From contig CM119271.1 in the NCBI GenBank assembly GCA_051294375.1, positions 2,849,611 through 2,913,610 of the forward strand: a stretch of DNA of 64,000 bases. Direction: 5' to 3'. The first letter of the stretch is position 1. Each line of letters opens with the position of its first letter. Under the pieces are notes generated by a model that saw only the letters and a list, made by a program, of their open reading frames with translations, had not been told where the DNA came from and made no database searches. The position numbers and the translations under genes are program-made. The DNA is from Paraspadella gotoi (taxonomy: Eukaryota; Animalia; Chaetognatha). Below are positions 50,748 to 64,000 of this stretch, piece by piece.

Positions 50748-51624
50748 ATGTGCAAAGCAAGACGCGGTGATCATAATCCATTCAGTTTAAATTAAATCTT
50801 CTTCTTCATCTTCGTCAGCCAATATTTGTAAAACTGAATCATAAAGAGCCATTTGCCTCCTCTCATTCTCCCTTTGCTTAATTCTCTGCCATAATAAACG
50901 CCAGACGTTGAAAATAAATTCTAAGAAATGAGTAAAAAATATTTGCAATTTTATTCCCAAAACACTCTATTTCATCTTAAATTCGGAATTATGTAAATTT
51001 TTTGGACTAAAGATTACCCTGAAAGTTAGTGTTAAGGATGAAGGATAGGGATTCAGTTAGCGATTAGGTTAAGGTTTATCATTAGAGGTTAGGGTTAAAG
51101 ATTAAGGATTAGGGTATTTAATTAGAGTTAAAGATTAAGTTAGTGTTAGGCTTAGGGTTAAAAAATAAATCAAGTTCTGAAATTAAGGAACAGAAATGGG
51201 GCGCTTTGGGAAAAGAGAGCCAAATATTTGCCCTTGAGCGACGAAACGAAATGAATTATTTTAACTTTCTTAAGCCATTCCCAAAAAGTTCCATCTTAAA
51301 TTTGTTTTCTCGTCATTTTTAGCATTTTGTGTCTATCCATCGTGTTCTTTTGTTTATCAGGTGGTCTGCTCAATTGATTAATTGAGCGATTTCCTCCAGA
51401 CCTCGGTTTCAGTTTTCGTTCTTATTCCGCAAAAGACTTTTTAGTAAATGCTTTTACGATTTTTATCGCGCATTGTGTCGTTTATACATTTAAAATGGTA
51501 AATGAAGAAAGAATTCGTGCCATATGAGTAGATATATAATTATATGCATAATGTATTGAAGAAATTTTGAGCTTTTCTCTCTCTACTTTGAAGTTGAAAG
51601 ATTCCACGTTGGATCTTCTGTAGC

Positions 51625-51720
<96 letters not shown>

Positions 51721-52178
51721 AGAGAGAGAGAGAGATAGAGAATCAATTACTAATCTAAGGTATTCTTTGAGAGTCATCGCATTTACCGTGATTAAGAATT
51801 AATTAATTAATTACACAAGGAAGTACAGGAACTGAAGATGTTCTGTCTAATGGATCAAAATATTAGTCATAAATATAAAATATTGTACCTGTACTCTCAT
51901 GTGTAATCTTTAATTGAATCAAATTTTTTTTCATTGGAACCCATGAAAAAGTGAGGAAAAGAAAAGGAATTAAAGTCGTTTAAAAGTGAGATCTTTTTAA
52001 ACTTGAAAGCACTTGTGAGAAAAGAAGAGAGAGAGAGAGAGAGAGAGAGATGAGACAGAGAGAAGGAGGAGAAGAGAGGAGAGAGGAGTTGAAATTGAAA
52101 GTAAAACGGAAGAAGAACGTTCACCTGACCCTGGTCATGAAGACAGGGAAGATAAATGTGAAACAAGAGAGAGAGAGA

Positions 52179-52210
<32 letters not shown>

Positions 52211-54728
52211 AGAAAGAGGAAGAAGAAAGAGGAAGATGAAGAGTAAGAAGGAGAGGAAGAAAGAGAGAGGGAAGAAGAAGTAGAAAGTTGACTTTGATTG
52301 AAACTCGAGTCTTCGACTTTTTTATCGCGGAAATAAAGACGATGTTTTGACGACGGAGGGGGGGAGGTGTGTGGAAAATTAGGGGGGAGGGAAGAGGGCG
52401 GGAGCGTGAGGTGGGTGTAAAGGTGGTAAAAATGGTGGGCGATAGTTGGGAGAAGAGATCGTGAGTGGGAATTAAAAGGGGAGGTAGTGGAGAGAAGCGG
52501 AGAAGGGGGGAGTTTAAAGATGGGCCGGGGGATGAGGGTTGTGAAAAATGAAGTAAGACTCACAAAAGGGGTGAGAGTGAAAGGAGGAAAGAGTGAAAGG
52601 AGGAAAGAGTGAAAGGAGGAAAGAGTGAAAGGAGGAAAGAGTGAAAATGGGTCCAAAGTGTCATAAAATAAATCAAGGAATCTTGGTTGTTTCCAGGTGA
52701 ATTATTTTTGGTCAATATATTAGACAGGGGGAGAGAGAAGACGAGTCGCGAGAGACGAAAACAGTATTAATTTGTGTGGAGTCGAGTTTGATGTAAAAAT
52801 AAAGATAGTGAAACAAGTAATTTTGCAACTTTCATATGTTTAAAAATCTATATTTAGCGACCTGATTATTTGAAATTCGAGATTTAGAGATTTAGAAATA
52901 GGATGAGACATTTTTTTTTAGATTTAGACTTTGATAATTAGATCAAAAAAATGTATGTTTAGCGATTAAGAGATGAAGATATAAAGAAAAGTAAGATTCA
53001 GATAGTTAGATTTGGAGAATTGGAATTTATAGATATAAAAGTGGGAAGTTGAATGCTAAGGGAGAAAAGTTAAGATCCTTTCATCACTTGAAACCACATT
53101 TGAGTTTTTTCTCTCTGTCAGGATAATCTCTTAATTTTTTTAAAGTTCTAGTTTTTTCCAAACTCCGGATTTAAATTTCAGAGAAAAACTGAAATTTTTC
53201 TGTTTCTCATTCTCATTCTCTCTCTCTCTTTCTCTCTTTCTCTCTTTCTCACTCTCTCTTTCTCAAGGTTTTTTTAGTCAAGGATAAAGATATGAAACGA
53301 AAAATTTATATTTATATTTATGATAAACGTAAAAAAGTCAAAAACATATAGTAATAATGAAATTCAATTTCATCATTAGCTCGAAAAGTGTTTTTTCGAC
53401 AAAAAATAAAAAATTGTGAAGTAGCAACGTTTAATAATTTTTTTAAAGATGGGACTATGAAAAACTTTTGAATCGTTGTGAACAGAATCACAGAAAACAA
53501 CTTGAAGTCACATTTTCACTTGCAATAGATATCCCAAATATTCAAAACCGTCACGATCACAATAATGATGTCCCAAACGAGAGACAATTCACACCCGGAT
53601 CACGAAAAAAAATAGCGCTCACATAAGAAGTGAAACGTTCTCCGCTCAACTGCGTCATTAAAACTCACGTTCACGGACTAAAAGGCACTAAATCCGAAAG
53701 CGTTCACATTTTTGACGTTAACGCCCGGTCCGTTCACAGGCGTGACTCTTGGGCGACATTCACTGCAGCGACGAAGCTCCGCCTCTCGCCGTCACGAACG
53801 ACTCACAAACTCTTTGCTCTCTCTCTCTCTTCTACTCCTCTCTTCCTCCCTCCTCCTCTCCATCCCTCCTTTTCTACCCGGCGGCGTTGTGAAACACTCG
53901 CGGTCATTATCACGCTTCCCACGCTTTAGTTTTATCTCGTGTTCTCACTTTTAATGACGACCGTGCGCTTCTTCTATCTCTCTTCCTCTCTTCTCTCTCC
54001 TTCTCTTCTCTCTCTCTCTCTTCTCTCTCATTCTCTCGCGACTCTGTCTCTCTCTCATTCTCTCCCCTGTGAATTTTCTCCACGATCAGCAAGTTTTCGC
54101 TCGGAGCGACGACGACGCCAACGACGACGACGACGACGACGACGACGACGTCGAATCGTCCTACGAAAGACTCTCATCTTTCTCTTCGCTCCGATGACGA
54201 ACCAATAAAACTCGAACAAAAACAAACACTGCCGCCGCTGCTGCCGCCGCCGCCGCCGCCGCCGCCGACGCAGCGGACGACTTTGGATGGCGCCGGGAAA
54301 TCGCCTCTTCCGGTGGTGAGTCTTTTTTCCGGCGGAGATCGAATCCTCCTTCACGAACGAGAAAGATTCACGCGAATGGAATTAATTTCACCAAAATTGT
54401 TCAAGAGAATTAAGCGACTCCGGTTCGTGACAACTTTAATTACTTTTCACGGTTCGATTTATGGATGAAACTCGGCAAAAAGTAACCATTTAGATTTTAG
54501 ATTAACTTGTTTTAAAAAAAAATGAAAACGAATTTCACTTGCTAATATCCAGCGCCAATCGGAATTTATTCGTTCGTAAGTCATCAGCACAACACTGTTC
54601 ACGGACATATACATGATAAAGACGAATGCATGAACTCATGTAGTAGTATCGACGTCAGACTGGACCTTTTCCTAACTTTTGTATGACCGTATTTACAATA
54701 CGTTTAATTCTTCGTCCTCACCGTCTTT

Positions 54729-54775
<47 letters not shown>

Positions 54776-55717
54776 AATCTCTTCTTATGCTTAATTGGCG
54801 TTTGGCTTTTAATATCCTAGTGACGTCGGGACACAAAGTCCGCGCTTTGACGTAATTAATTCCATTACAAGAGATTTAGTGGATAAGAGAGCTCTTCTGT
54901 TCTCTCTCTCTCATCTCTCTCTCTCTCTCTCTTTCTCTCTCTTCTCTCTCGTCTCTCTCTCTCTCTCTCTCTCTTCTCTTCTCTCCTGTCGTCCCTCTCT
55001 GTCTCCCTCTCTGTCCCCTTCTCTTTCAGGATCCTGTCCTGAATCGAGAATCGAGAATGAGGTATCGATTTAACTTCTCATTTGAATTTCGCTTCTTCGA
55101 GCTAATATCGTTCAAAAATAAACTACTCTCGAAATAAACCGGATTTTATATAAAAAAAAAATTGCGTCGCCTTCGTTTTATATTTTATATTTTATATTAT
55201 TTTAAACGAGTAGTTCTTGTCGAGAAGAAAAATCGAAAATACTGTTTTAAAGTTTTAAAGTTTTAAACTTTTTTCCCCCACAAACAAAATCAAAATCAAA
55301 GTTTACTTCAACTATTTATTTTTTTCGCAAAATCTCTGACAGCCTCGCGTAAACATTTCTTAAAGTTCGTTCGTTTTCCGAACGAAACTTCGAATGTTTT
55401 AAATAGAAAAAACTAATTTAAAATATTTTTGACGATGATTTCCACGTTTCCATTCGTCCACTCGCAACTCGTTAATTTTCCGCTCTATTGGCGTGAGAGG
55501 GAGTGAGTGGAAAAAAATCCTTGCATTAGTATTTGTATTTGGATCATACGGCGGGTCCGAAGACCATGGGTCGCATTAGTTACAAACATTCCAAACACAA
55601 ATATATTAATCAAATCGATTACAATAAAATCATCAATAGTTTTGTTCGAATAAGAGCTAAACGAAAAACATCGTCAATGGGTCATGGATTGTTCTTTTGG
55701 TTTTCCCTTCATCTCAG

Positions 55718-56228
55718 GACAACTCGAGAATTTCGCCACCTACTACCGCCACCAATCGAGCCTTTGAGGGAACGGAAGACAAAAGACAAACGCTAACGGA
55801 CGGTAAGTCTTGGGAATGAAATTACTCCGATTGTATCTATAAACTTTTCCTTTTAATTATTTTTAAATGGGGGAAAACAATGTTAGGTAATTCTGCAAGA
55901 TTTCGATCCTAAGCAGGACTTTCGAGTCGCCACATTTATATCGAATTTAATATTAAACTATACGCTAAATCATTCTTAGGAAGCATGGCAGCCGCTCAGG
56001 GTTTTCGCGACGATGACGCCGACGACGACGACATCGACGACGACCTCGAATCAGCGCTTCACTCGCCGCCACCAGGGGTAAGTCTCAGCGTTTTATCATA
56101 TTTAGTATGTTTATCATTAATATCATAATGTTGACTAAACTTAGGGACGCAACAAAGGGCGGACGCGGCGTGGCGGGGTCAGCGCCGAATGCTACACTGA
56201 AGACGACGCGACGTCGTTTGTCAAAAAG
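55718..56228 (+). CDS. PRKAR1: cAMP-dependent protein kinase type I regulatory subunit, linker/inhibitor exons (55718-55802, 55980-56077, 56145-56228); partial gene
   Basis: Spliced peptide DNSRISPPTT..DGSMAAAQGFRDDDADDDDIDDDLESALHSPPPGGRNKGRTRRGGVSAECYTEDDATSFVKK matches the RI motif [21 protein letters not shown]; all donors GTAAGT. Confidence 0.85.
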
Positions 56229-56264
56229 GTAAGTTGAAAGTCAAACTCATTTTTTTTAGAAAGA

Positions 56265-56348
<84 letters not shown>

Positions 56349-57824
56349 ATCACGAGAAAAAAAAAATAACCCTTTCCAATACCGAATTATACATATGCTA
56401 CAGTAGGAATTAAAACATAATTTCACAATGATACCTCTTATTTGCTTCCCTCTCTCCATAGAGCAATTGCCCAATCTGACGCAATTAATAGACCAGGTCT
56501 CCGACCTATAGCTGTAAAAATGATTGTAAAAATGACGTGGGGCGTTTGTCGGTTAATCGGAGGTCATTCGTCAAGAATTTGGTCGTTTGTCGGTCATTTG
56601 TCACTAATTCGTCGTTCATCAATGGTTCGGTTATCATTCTTCGGTCATTTGTCAGTCATTCAACAAGAATTCAGTCATAATTTTTCGATACAATTTGTCT
56701 GAATTTTGTTCGTAATTCATCGGCCGGTTTGATATCACCACGGTGATCATCATTGTGTTCGTAACCGTGATTGTCTGGTTCGCGCCTTATTCAAATGGTC
56801 AATAGACAAGTTGCAAACTATTTTTTCTTTGTTAAGTTCACTTCTCAGTCTTTCTGTATTGTTTTTTTNNNNNNNNNNNNNNNNNNNNNNNNNTTGTGCG
56901 ACTTACCCGCGGTTCTTACCTCTCCTCTCTTTCTCTATCTCTTTCTCCTTGTTTCTCCGTTTCTCTCTCTGTTTCTCTCGCTCTCTCTCTGCTTTCCAGA
57001 AATCAAATAATTGAAGGTCAGCAAGGATGCACAAACGGTCCAGTTGTCAAATATATTAACCTTGATGTTGTTGTTGTTGTTAATGTTGTTGTCCTTTCTG
57101 ATTCCGCTTAGGCTTTTTTTGGTCATGTTGGTGGTTTTCTCAAATAATCGATGTTCTACTAAATTCTAAATGGCAAAAAGAAAAATTACTCATGAAATTT
57201 TTCAACTCGCATCCTCGACGGAAAATAATTTTTTATGTGGGCGATTTTTAATTGATACTGATAAAAAGGTAGCGCTCATCAGTGGAGAATTAACCCACAA
57301 AAAAAAGGTGGACAAAATTGAGACAGAGTAAACGTATAGCTAGGGGAGAGCAAAATGTAAAAGTGAATAATTTTTGTGGACGAATTCTGAACCTCGAGAT
57401 CCTGCGGGGAAGAGGACGAGGAAAGGGGAGGACGACGATGCCTTCGGTGAAACCCCTCCTCCTCCTCCTCCAAAATCATGATGTACTCCAAGAGCTAAAA
57501 ATAATTTATCCAGTCATTCACCAATCTTACATGAATTTGAAATAGGAAGAAGTAGAAAAAATGTTTCAGAACAAAAACAGCATAGAAATTAATCACCATT
57601 CACCACGTATATGTGTCTTTTAAAATAACTTGCACAGTTAATATGAATCTAAGAAATAAATCAATTATTATTTTTCCTTTAAATGATTTTCAATCATTAA
57701 ACCTTGTAAATACGTAGCATAAAATTTGTAATAAGTATTTTATTACATCTTACTATGAAATTAGAACTTGTAATATGTAACTTTCTAATATTTTGTCGGA
57801 TATTCAAACCTAAAATTTTTGCCC

Positions 57825-58360
57825 CAGTAGTAGCCATAGCTGATGAAATTTAAATGCTAATGTATACAGCGTTAAAATAATCTATCATGACCATAGATTA
57901 TGGTATTAAAGTATTTTTTTTAAATCTTAAAATTTTTTGATGAATTCTGATAGAGCATAAAAAGTTAAACAAGAAATATAATTAAAGCTTTTAAAATTCT
58001 TACATTTTCTAAGTGAAAATATAAAAAAAACTGATAAAATCATTGAAAGACGATGATGATAATGATTTTTTATGGTTTTTCTTATTTTGACACACTTATC
58101 GTAAAATATTTAAAAAAGAATATACTTTGTGTAGACAACTTTTATAAGCTATCTGAATCTGGTTTAAAATTTAACAATTCTAAAAAAAATTTTGGCCTTT
58201 CCTATCTATAAATAAATATTAAATAATTAATTACTAGGGTATAGAGCCATATTAGAATTTTTTGTCCATTGAAAGTATTCTTAAAAATGTCTAAATACTC
58301 GTTTGAGCATGTACTCACTCTAAATTTTTGACTCACCCCATTGAGTGCGGCAACCCCTGC
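57825..58360. repeat. AT-rich MITE-like repeat family (copies at ~14117-14740 and ~2750-3076 + 5752-5900, the latter split by the Gypsy element)
   Basis: Shared blocks gattctgatagagc, (gat)n-ttttt, cctatctataaataaatatt, ttttgac.cacccca; CAG..CTG ends. Confidence 0.55.
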
Positions 58361-59372
58361 CAGTAGACAGAAAAAAAGTAATAACTAAACCGAAAAGCAT
58401 AAAGAGAGAGCTGGAGAAATTAAAGAGAGAAAAGAGAAAATCGGCAAAATATCGCGAAAGTCTCCCGATGAACCGCGGAAAAGGAGCGAAGGTGGTGAAT
58501 GAGGAGGAGGAGTCATTTTCGTCGCGGTGAAGACCGCGGAGAGAGAGCGAACCTACTCCGCCGCCGAGGTGTCCTCACGGGGTCACCGCGGCTGGCCTAT
58601 TCATGGTCGAGACAGTGGCGTAAAGTCAACCATATGCCTCCTCTCTCTGTCTCCCTCTCTGTCTCCCTCTCTGTCCCCTTCTCTTTCAAGATCCTGTCCT
58701 GAATCGAGAATCGAGAATGAGGTATCGATTTAACTTCTCATTTGAATTTCGCTTCTTCGAGCTAATATCGTTCAAAAATAAACTACTCTCGAAATAACCG
58801 GATTTATATAAAAAAAAAATTGCGTCGCCTTCGTTTTATATTTTATATTTTATATTATTTTAAACGAGTAGTTCTTGTCGAGAAGAAAAATCGAAAATAC
58901 TGTTTTAAAGTTTTAAAGTTTTAAACTTTTTTCCCCACAAACAAAATCAAAATCAAGTTTACTTCAACTATTTATTTTTTTCGCAAAATCTCTGACAGCC
59001 TCGCGTAAACATTTCTTAAAGTTCGTTCGTTTCCGAACGAAACTTCGAATGTTTTAAATAGAAAAAACTAATTTAAAATATTTTTGACGATGATTTCCAC
59101 GTTTCCATTCGTCCACTCGCAACTCGTTAATTTTCCGCTCTATTGGCGTGAGAGGGAGTGAGTGGAAAAAATCCTTGCATTAGTATTTGTATTTGGATCA
59201 TACGGCGGGTCCGAAGACCATGGGTCGCATTAGTTACAAACATTCCAAACACAAATATATTAATCAAATCGATTACAATAAAATCATCAATAGTTTTGTT
59301 CGAATAAGAGCTAAACGAAAAACATCGTCAATGGGTCATGGATTGTTCTTTTTGGTTTTCCCTTCATCTCAG

Positions 59373-59882
59373 GACAACTCGAGAATTTCGCCACCTACTA
59401 CCGCCACCAATCGAGCCTTTGAGGGAACGGAAGACAAAAGACAAACGCTAACGGACGGTAAGTCTTGGGAATGAAATTACTCCGATTGTATCTATAAACT
59501 TTTCCTTTTAATTATTTACAAATGGGGAAAAAAATGTTAGGTAATTCTGCAAGATTTCGATCCTAAGCAGGACTTTCGAGTCGCCACATTTATATCGAAT
59601 TTAATATTAAACTATACGCTAAATCATTCTTAGGAAGCATGGCAGCCGCTCAGGGTTTTCGCGACGATGACGCCGACGACGACGACATCGACGACGACCT
59701 CGAATCAGCGCTTCACTCGCCGCCACCAGGGGTAAGTCTCAGCGTTTTATCATATTTAGTATGTTTATCATTAATATCATAATGTTGACTAAACTTAGGG
59801 ACGCAACAAAGGGCGGACGCGGCGTGGCGGGGTCAGCGCCGAATGCTACACTGAAGACGACGCGACGTCGTTTGTCAAAAAG
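59373..59882 (+). CDS. PRKAR1: Duplicate of the PKA RI exons (59373-59457, 59634-59731, 59799-59882); cAMP-binding exons not seen in this window
   Basis: Exon sequences and splice sites identical to 55718-56228. Confidence 0.8.
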
Positions 59883-59917
59883 GTAAGTTGAAAGTCAAAC
59901 TCATTTTTTTTAGAAAG

Positions 59918-60003
<86 letters not shown>

Positions 60004-63000
60004 ATCACGAGAAAAAAAAAATAACCCTTTCCAATACCGAATTATACATATGCTACAGTAGGAATTAAAACATAATTTCACAATGATACCTCTTATTTGC
60101 TTCCCTCTCTCCATAGAGCAATTGCCCAATCTGACGCAATTAATAGACCAGGTCTCCGACCTATAGCTGTAAAAATGATTGTAAAAATGACGTGGGGCGT
60201 TTGTCGGTTAATCGGAGGTCATTCGTCAAGAATTTGGTCGTTGTCGGTCATTTGTCACTAATTCGTCGTTCATCAATGGTTCGGTTATCATTCTTCGGTC
60301 ATTTGTCAGTCATTCAACAAGAATTCAGTCATAATTTTTCGATACAATTTGTCTGAATTTTGTTCGTAATTCATCGGCCGGTTTGATATCACCACGGTGA
60401 TCATCATTGTGTTCGTAACCGTGATTGTCTGGTTCGCGCCTTATTCAAATGGTCAATCGACTAGTTGCAAACTATTTTTTCTTTGTTAAGTTCACTTCTC
60501 AGTCTTTCTGTATTGTTTTTTTTTAATAATATGTAGATTCTGGAAATCTCGAGTGATCTCTGTAAAACGATTCGAATTTTTTTTTTTTAAAAAAACAAAC
60601 GACGAAAAAAAGTTCGTTTCTTTTGTGTGACAAGAAAATTTCTATTATTACTTTCTTTTAATTTTTTGTTTTTTTTTTGAACAAGAACAGTTGAGAACAA
60701 AAAAAATCTCCGAAAACTGAGGGCAACGTCCTAAAAACAACATTGATTAATTTCCCATATGTGGTAATTTCACAAAGTCTCGCATTCCCCCCCCCCCCCA
60801 CGCCAGCTCCAACCCTCTCCCCTCTTCCCTCACCGACCCCCCATACCCCCTCCATCACCCACCCCCCCTCACCACAACTCTCGTCAATCTCGCCATTTCT
60901 AAACCGAGAGCGTGGCGTTGATTGGCGTCCACTGGCGCCGCGTCTTTGACGCTGATGGTCCTCGAAGTTCCGCGCTTCCGGTTCCATCGATTTATTTCCT
61001 TCGCGGGAGCCACGCCCACTGCCGCGAGAGGAACGCCCACCGTCGCGCAGACGCCGAATTCGTTTTTCCGCCAGATGTCGCGCAGGCGATCGAAGTCGAG
61101 ACCTCAATTCGCTCTCGGTTTTTTTTTTATCACAATCACTTTTCTTTCACGCGGCTATTCCATCATAATCACTTTTTTTTCCCCGCTGAGTTTTACCCTT
61201 TTATAAAGCTGATAATCCTGTTTATCACGTTTTTTCGGTTAATTCATATTCAGATTAACCATCCTATTTGCCACAGAATTTTCTGCAATTTGCAATAGTT
61301 TCCATATTTGTCCATTTTTACTAGGAGTAACCACCTTTTTTTCGCGATAGCATTTTCAGTAACTTTTTTTCATAGTGTTTGTTTCTTGTCTTTAATTTAC
61401 TGCAATTATTCTTCTTTTTTTTTAAACCTTGCGCGTTTCATAAATTGACACACAATCATGTTGTCGAGCCTCGCCTTTAATTCAGTCGCGAACCACAACT
61501 TCATCCCTTCACTTGGCATCTTTTTATTTTCACTTTTTATCACGGCTTTGATTTCTGTCGACACTTGGTCATCGCAAGGTCATCACAAGGTCATCACTAG
61601 GTTAGTTGCCTCGTCTAACGAAGACTAAGAAGACGACGACGACGACCACAACAACGACGACGACCACAACGACGACTGTTCTCATACGAGGGCCGTGTGC
61701 AAAGACAAGACGAGACAATAACCGACGAGGACAAAAAGAAACGACGCAATCACTTTTCTCGCAGCTTTTATTGGCTTCTTTTTTTTCGCTGGGGACAAAC
61801 GGTCGCATCTGGATAATAAAATTCTTTTTTGCAGCCAAACGAAATCTTCAATGGTTATTCCTTCGTGGGCTTCGTTTTACGTTATACCTTTATATAATTT
61901 TTTTTACTTGAGACTATTTAGAATAGGGCTGAAAAGATCAATTTGCAAAGTTATACCTGTATGCTACAGACGAGTATGGTTTAGCACGGGGATTTTCCCC
62001 CCGAGTTGGCATAAAAATTAGAAAATATACATACTTCTTGAAATACTTGGTATGCACTTACGTAATACGTATTGTAAACTTTTTAAGGTAATACGTATTA
62101 CATATATACTTCAAAATAAAGCCACACGTTATTTAGCTCGACATCTATTGTTCACAATACTTTTTAGAATCTCTCCTAAAATATTTATAGAAATTTCACC
62201 CAACAAAACCTAACTTAAAAACCTCCTGTTTACGTCATTCAAAAAAAAAAAAAAAGAAGAAAACATTTCCCGCCATTGACCTTCGTTCCTTCGGTTTAGT
62301 TGCTTTCCTTTCCAAGTCGTTGCTCTTTTTTTTTATTTGCTTTTTACCTTTTCCTTTTTCACCTTTACCTTTTCTCTCCTTTTTACCTTTTCATTCATTC
62401 CCTTTGACCCTTTTAAAAGTTTTTTCTCTCATTTTATTTCCATTAAGACTATCCAATCTTTTTTACTTTTTCGTAGCGAGTATTGCTCATGTTCACCTCG
62501 CCCATAGATCTCGTTTTATCCTTCTCTAAGATTTAATTTGATTTAATTAATTTAATTTAATTATATTAATTTTTCATCTACTTTAAGTACTTTTATTAAT
62601 TTTTTTTTTCAGTTACCTCAACCACATACTTTCATTCAAGTGTTTCCACGTAAAAATTTTGTCCCAATTTCCTTTTACTGATAATTTTTTTACCTATTTT
62701 TCTCTTTCCTTTTTCTTTAACAATCCGCGTCACCAAATTCCCTCTCTCCAAGCGTTACCTCCTTTCTCACCCATCCCAACCTTTCGCACCCCCCCCCATT
62801 TTCCCGCCGAATGCATCACCCAAGTGACATCGAGGGTCTTAATTCCGCTTTAAAACGCGCCTGTCGTCTGCTCCCGGGCGACGCTTACCTCCACGCCTCT
62901 TCCTTCGGCCCCCATAACTGTCTTTTCCGGCTCATCGATCTTTCACGCCTCCCCCCACCCACGCCCCCTTTCCCCCTCTCTCTCCTCCCCCCCCTGAATT

Positions 63001-64000
63001 CTATCCCCGTAATTTATCTCGCCATCGATCGCCCCTTGATCTTTGGGCCATCTTTTCCGAAAGCTCCCCGATTTCAGTCTAAACTCAGAATTGATTTGTT
63101 CTCGGGGGTTTGATAATTAGATAAGGGGTTAGTTGTTTGGGATTAGGGATAAGAGTTGTGGTTAGGGATTAAGGTTATTTTTAAGGGTTTATGGTTAAAA
63201 AACGAGGAACGGTTATTCCGAGGTGTTGCGCCGCATTACTTTTCTTTTTACTTTCTTATCCCTTGTATTTCCATGTATACGTATATACAACACGCTCTGC
63301 GTCGTAATCACGTCTTTTGTTCTTTATACATTCCATTTGTAGTTTATAAGATTTCTTTAAAAAAAAAGGCGGCGCTAGTAGTCGCTTTGATATGAGGTTT
63401 TTTCCTGTTTTAACCAATAAGCAACAAACTATAGGCATTATTAGGCAAGAATAAGCTTTTTCAATGTGAGTGGGACAGACCGATGGACAGACAAACTGAC
63501 TGACAGACAGACCGACCAAAAGTGACTTATAGAGTTGCTCTGCGAGTACTTGAGGCACAACTAATAAAGTTAGGGTTAGGGATTAAGGATCAAAGTTGGG
63601 GTTTCAAGTTAGGGATTAGGTTAGAGTTAGGGACATGGGTTAGGGATAGGATTAGATATTTAAAAAAAGATTAAGTTTATGATTTAGTTTAAAGATTAGG
63701 AACAGAAAATAAAGCCGATCTTGGCTCGGCCTCATAAAAGGATTTTATCTCACCCCGTCTCTCCTTCAGTCTCTACATCACCAAATCCTACATCTCCCTT
63801 TTCCCGCCCTTATCTATTTTTGGTTTTTCACAACACCTGTCGTCCTGTCGTCGACGCCCGTCGCAGGTGCCGTTTGTGGATTCCGTTAACCCGCGGCTCA
63901 ATCACGTGACAGCCGGTTGCTTAATAACGAGACATCCCGCGTGTCAATCATTTGACATAATCTGATGACATCCAGATGGTTACCAGTTACTATCGTGACA

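Larger units (their letters stand above)
54990..60520 (+). repeat. Near-identical ~1.9 kb direct duplication (54990-56868 and 58640-60520)
   Basis: Copies differ mostly by homopolymer indels; first copy ends at an N gap. Confidence 0.9.

Noticed and set aside
51030-51160. Telomeric TTAGGG array (also ~63570-63700)
   Set aside because: Highly degenerate interstitial hexamer repeats within a dispersed repeat; not a chromosome end

Overview
AT-rich, microsatellite-rich ((AG)n, (GAC)n, (AAT)n) intron-containing eukaryotic (invertebrate-like) draft assembly with N-gaps. Genes: a minus-strand guanylate-binding-protein (GBP)-like GTPase followed on the same strand by apolipoprotein-L (ApoL)-like exons (possibly one fusion gene), a complete 7-exon cytochrome P450, an intronless synaptophysin-like MARVEL gene, a U1 snRNA, and three exons of a PKA type I regulatory subunit that appear twice in a near-identical 1.9 kb duplication. 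Much of the rest is transposon debris (degenerate Ty3/Gypsy element, Helentron-associated HINE-like elements, Kolobok- and hAT-type MITEs, Penelope-like ends, a foldback element, satellites). Main discovery: four related families of short LTRs, including one complete 645 bp TRIM (38701-39345, with PBS, PPT and 4-bp TSD). Their LTRs carry a tRNA-derived Pol III promoter followed by a circularly permuted (type P5) twister-ribozyme-like fold. The T2 pseudoknot covaries between families (CCG/CGG, UCC/GGA, CCA/UGG) and the P1 helix is reduced to a short palindrome. This suggests a Pol III-driven twister 'LTR retrozyme' system. All calls were made by eye; no searches or folding programs were run.
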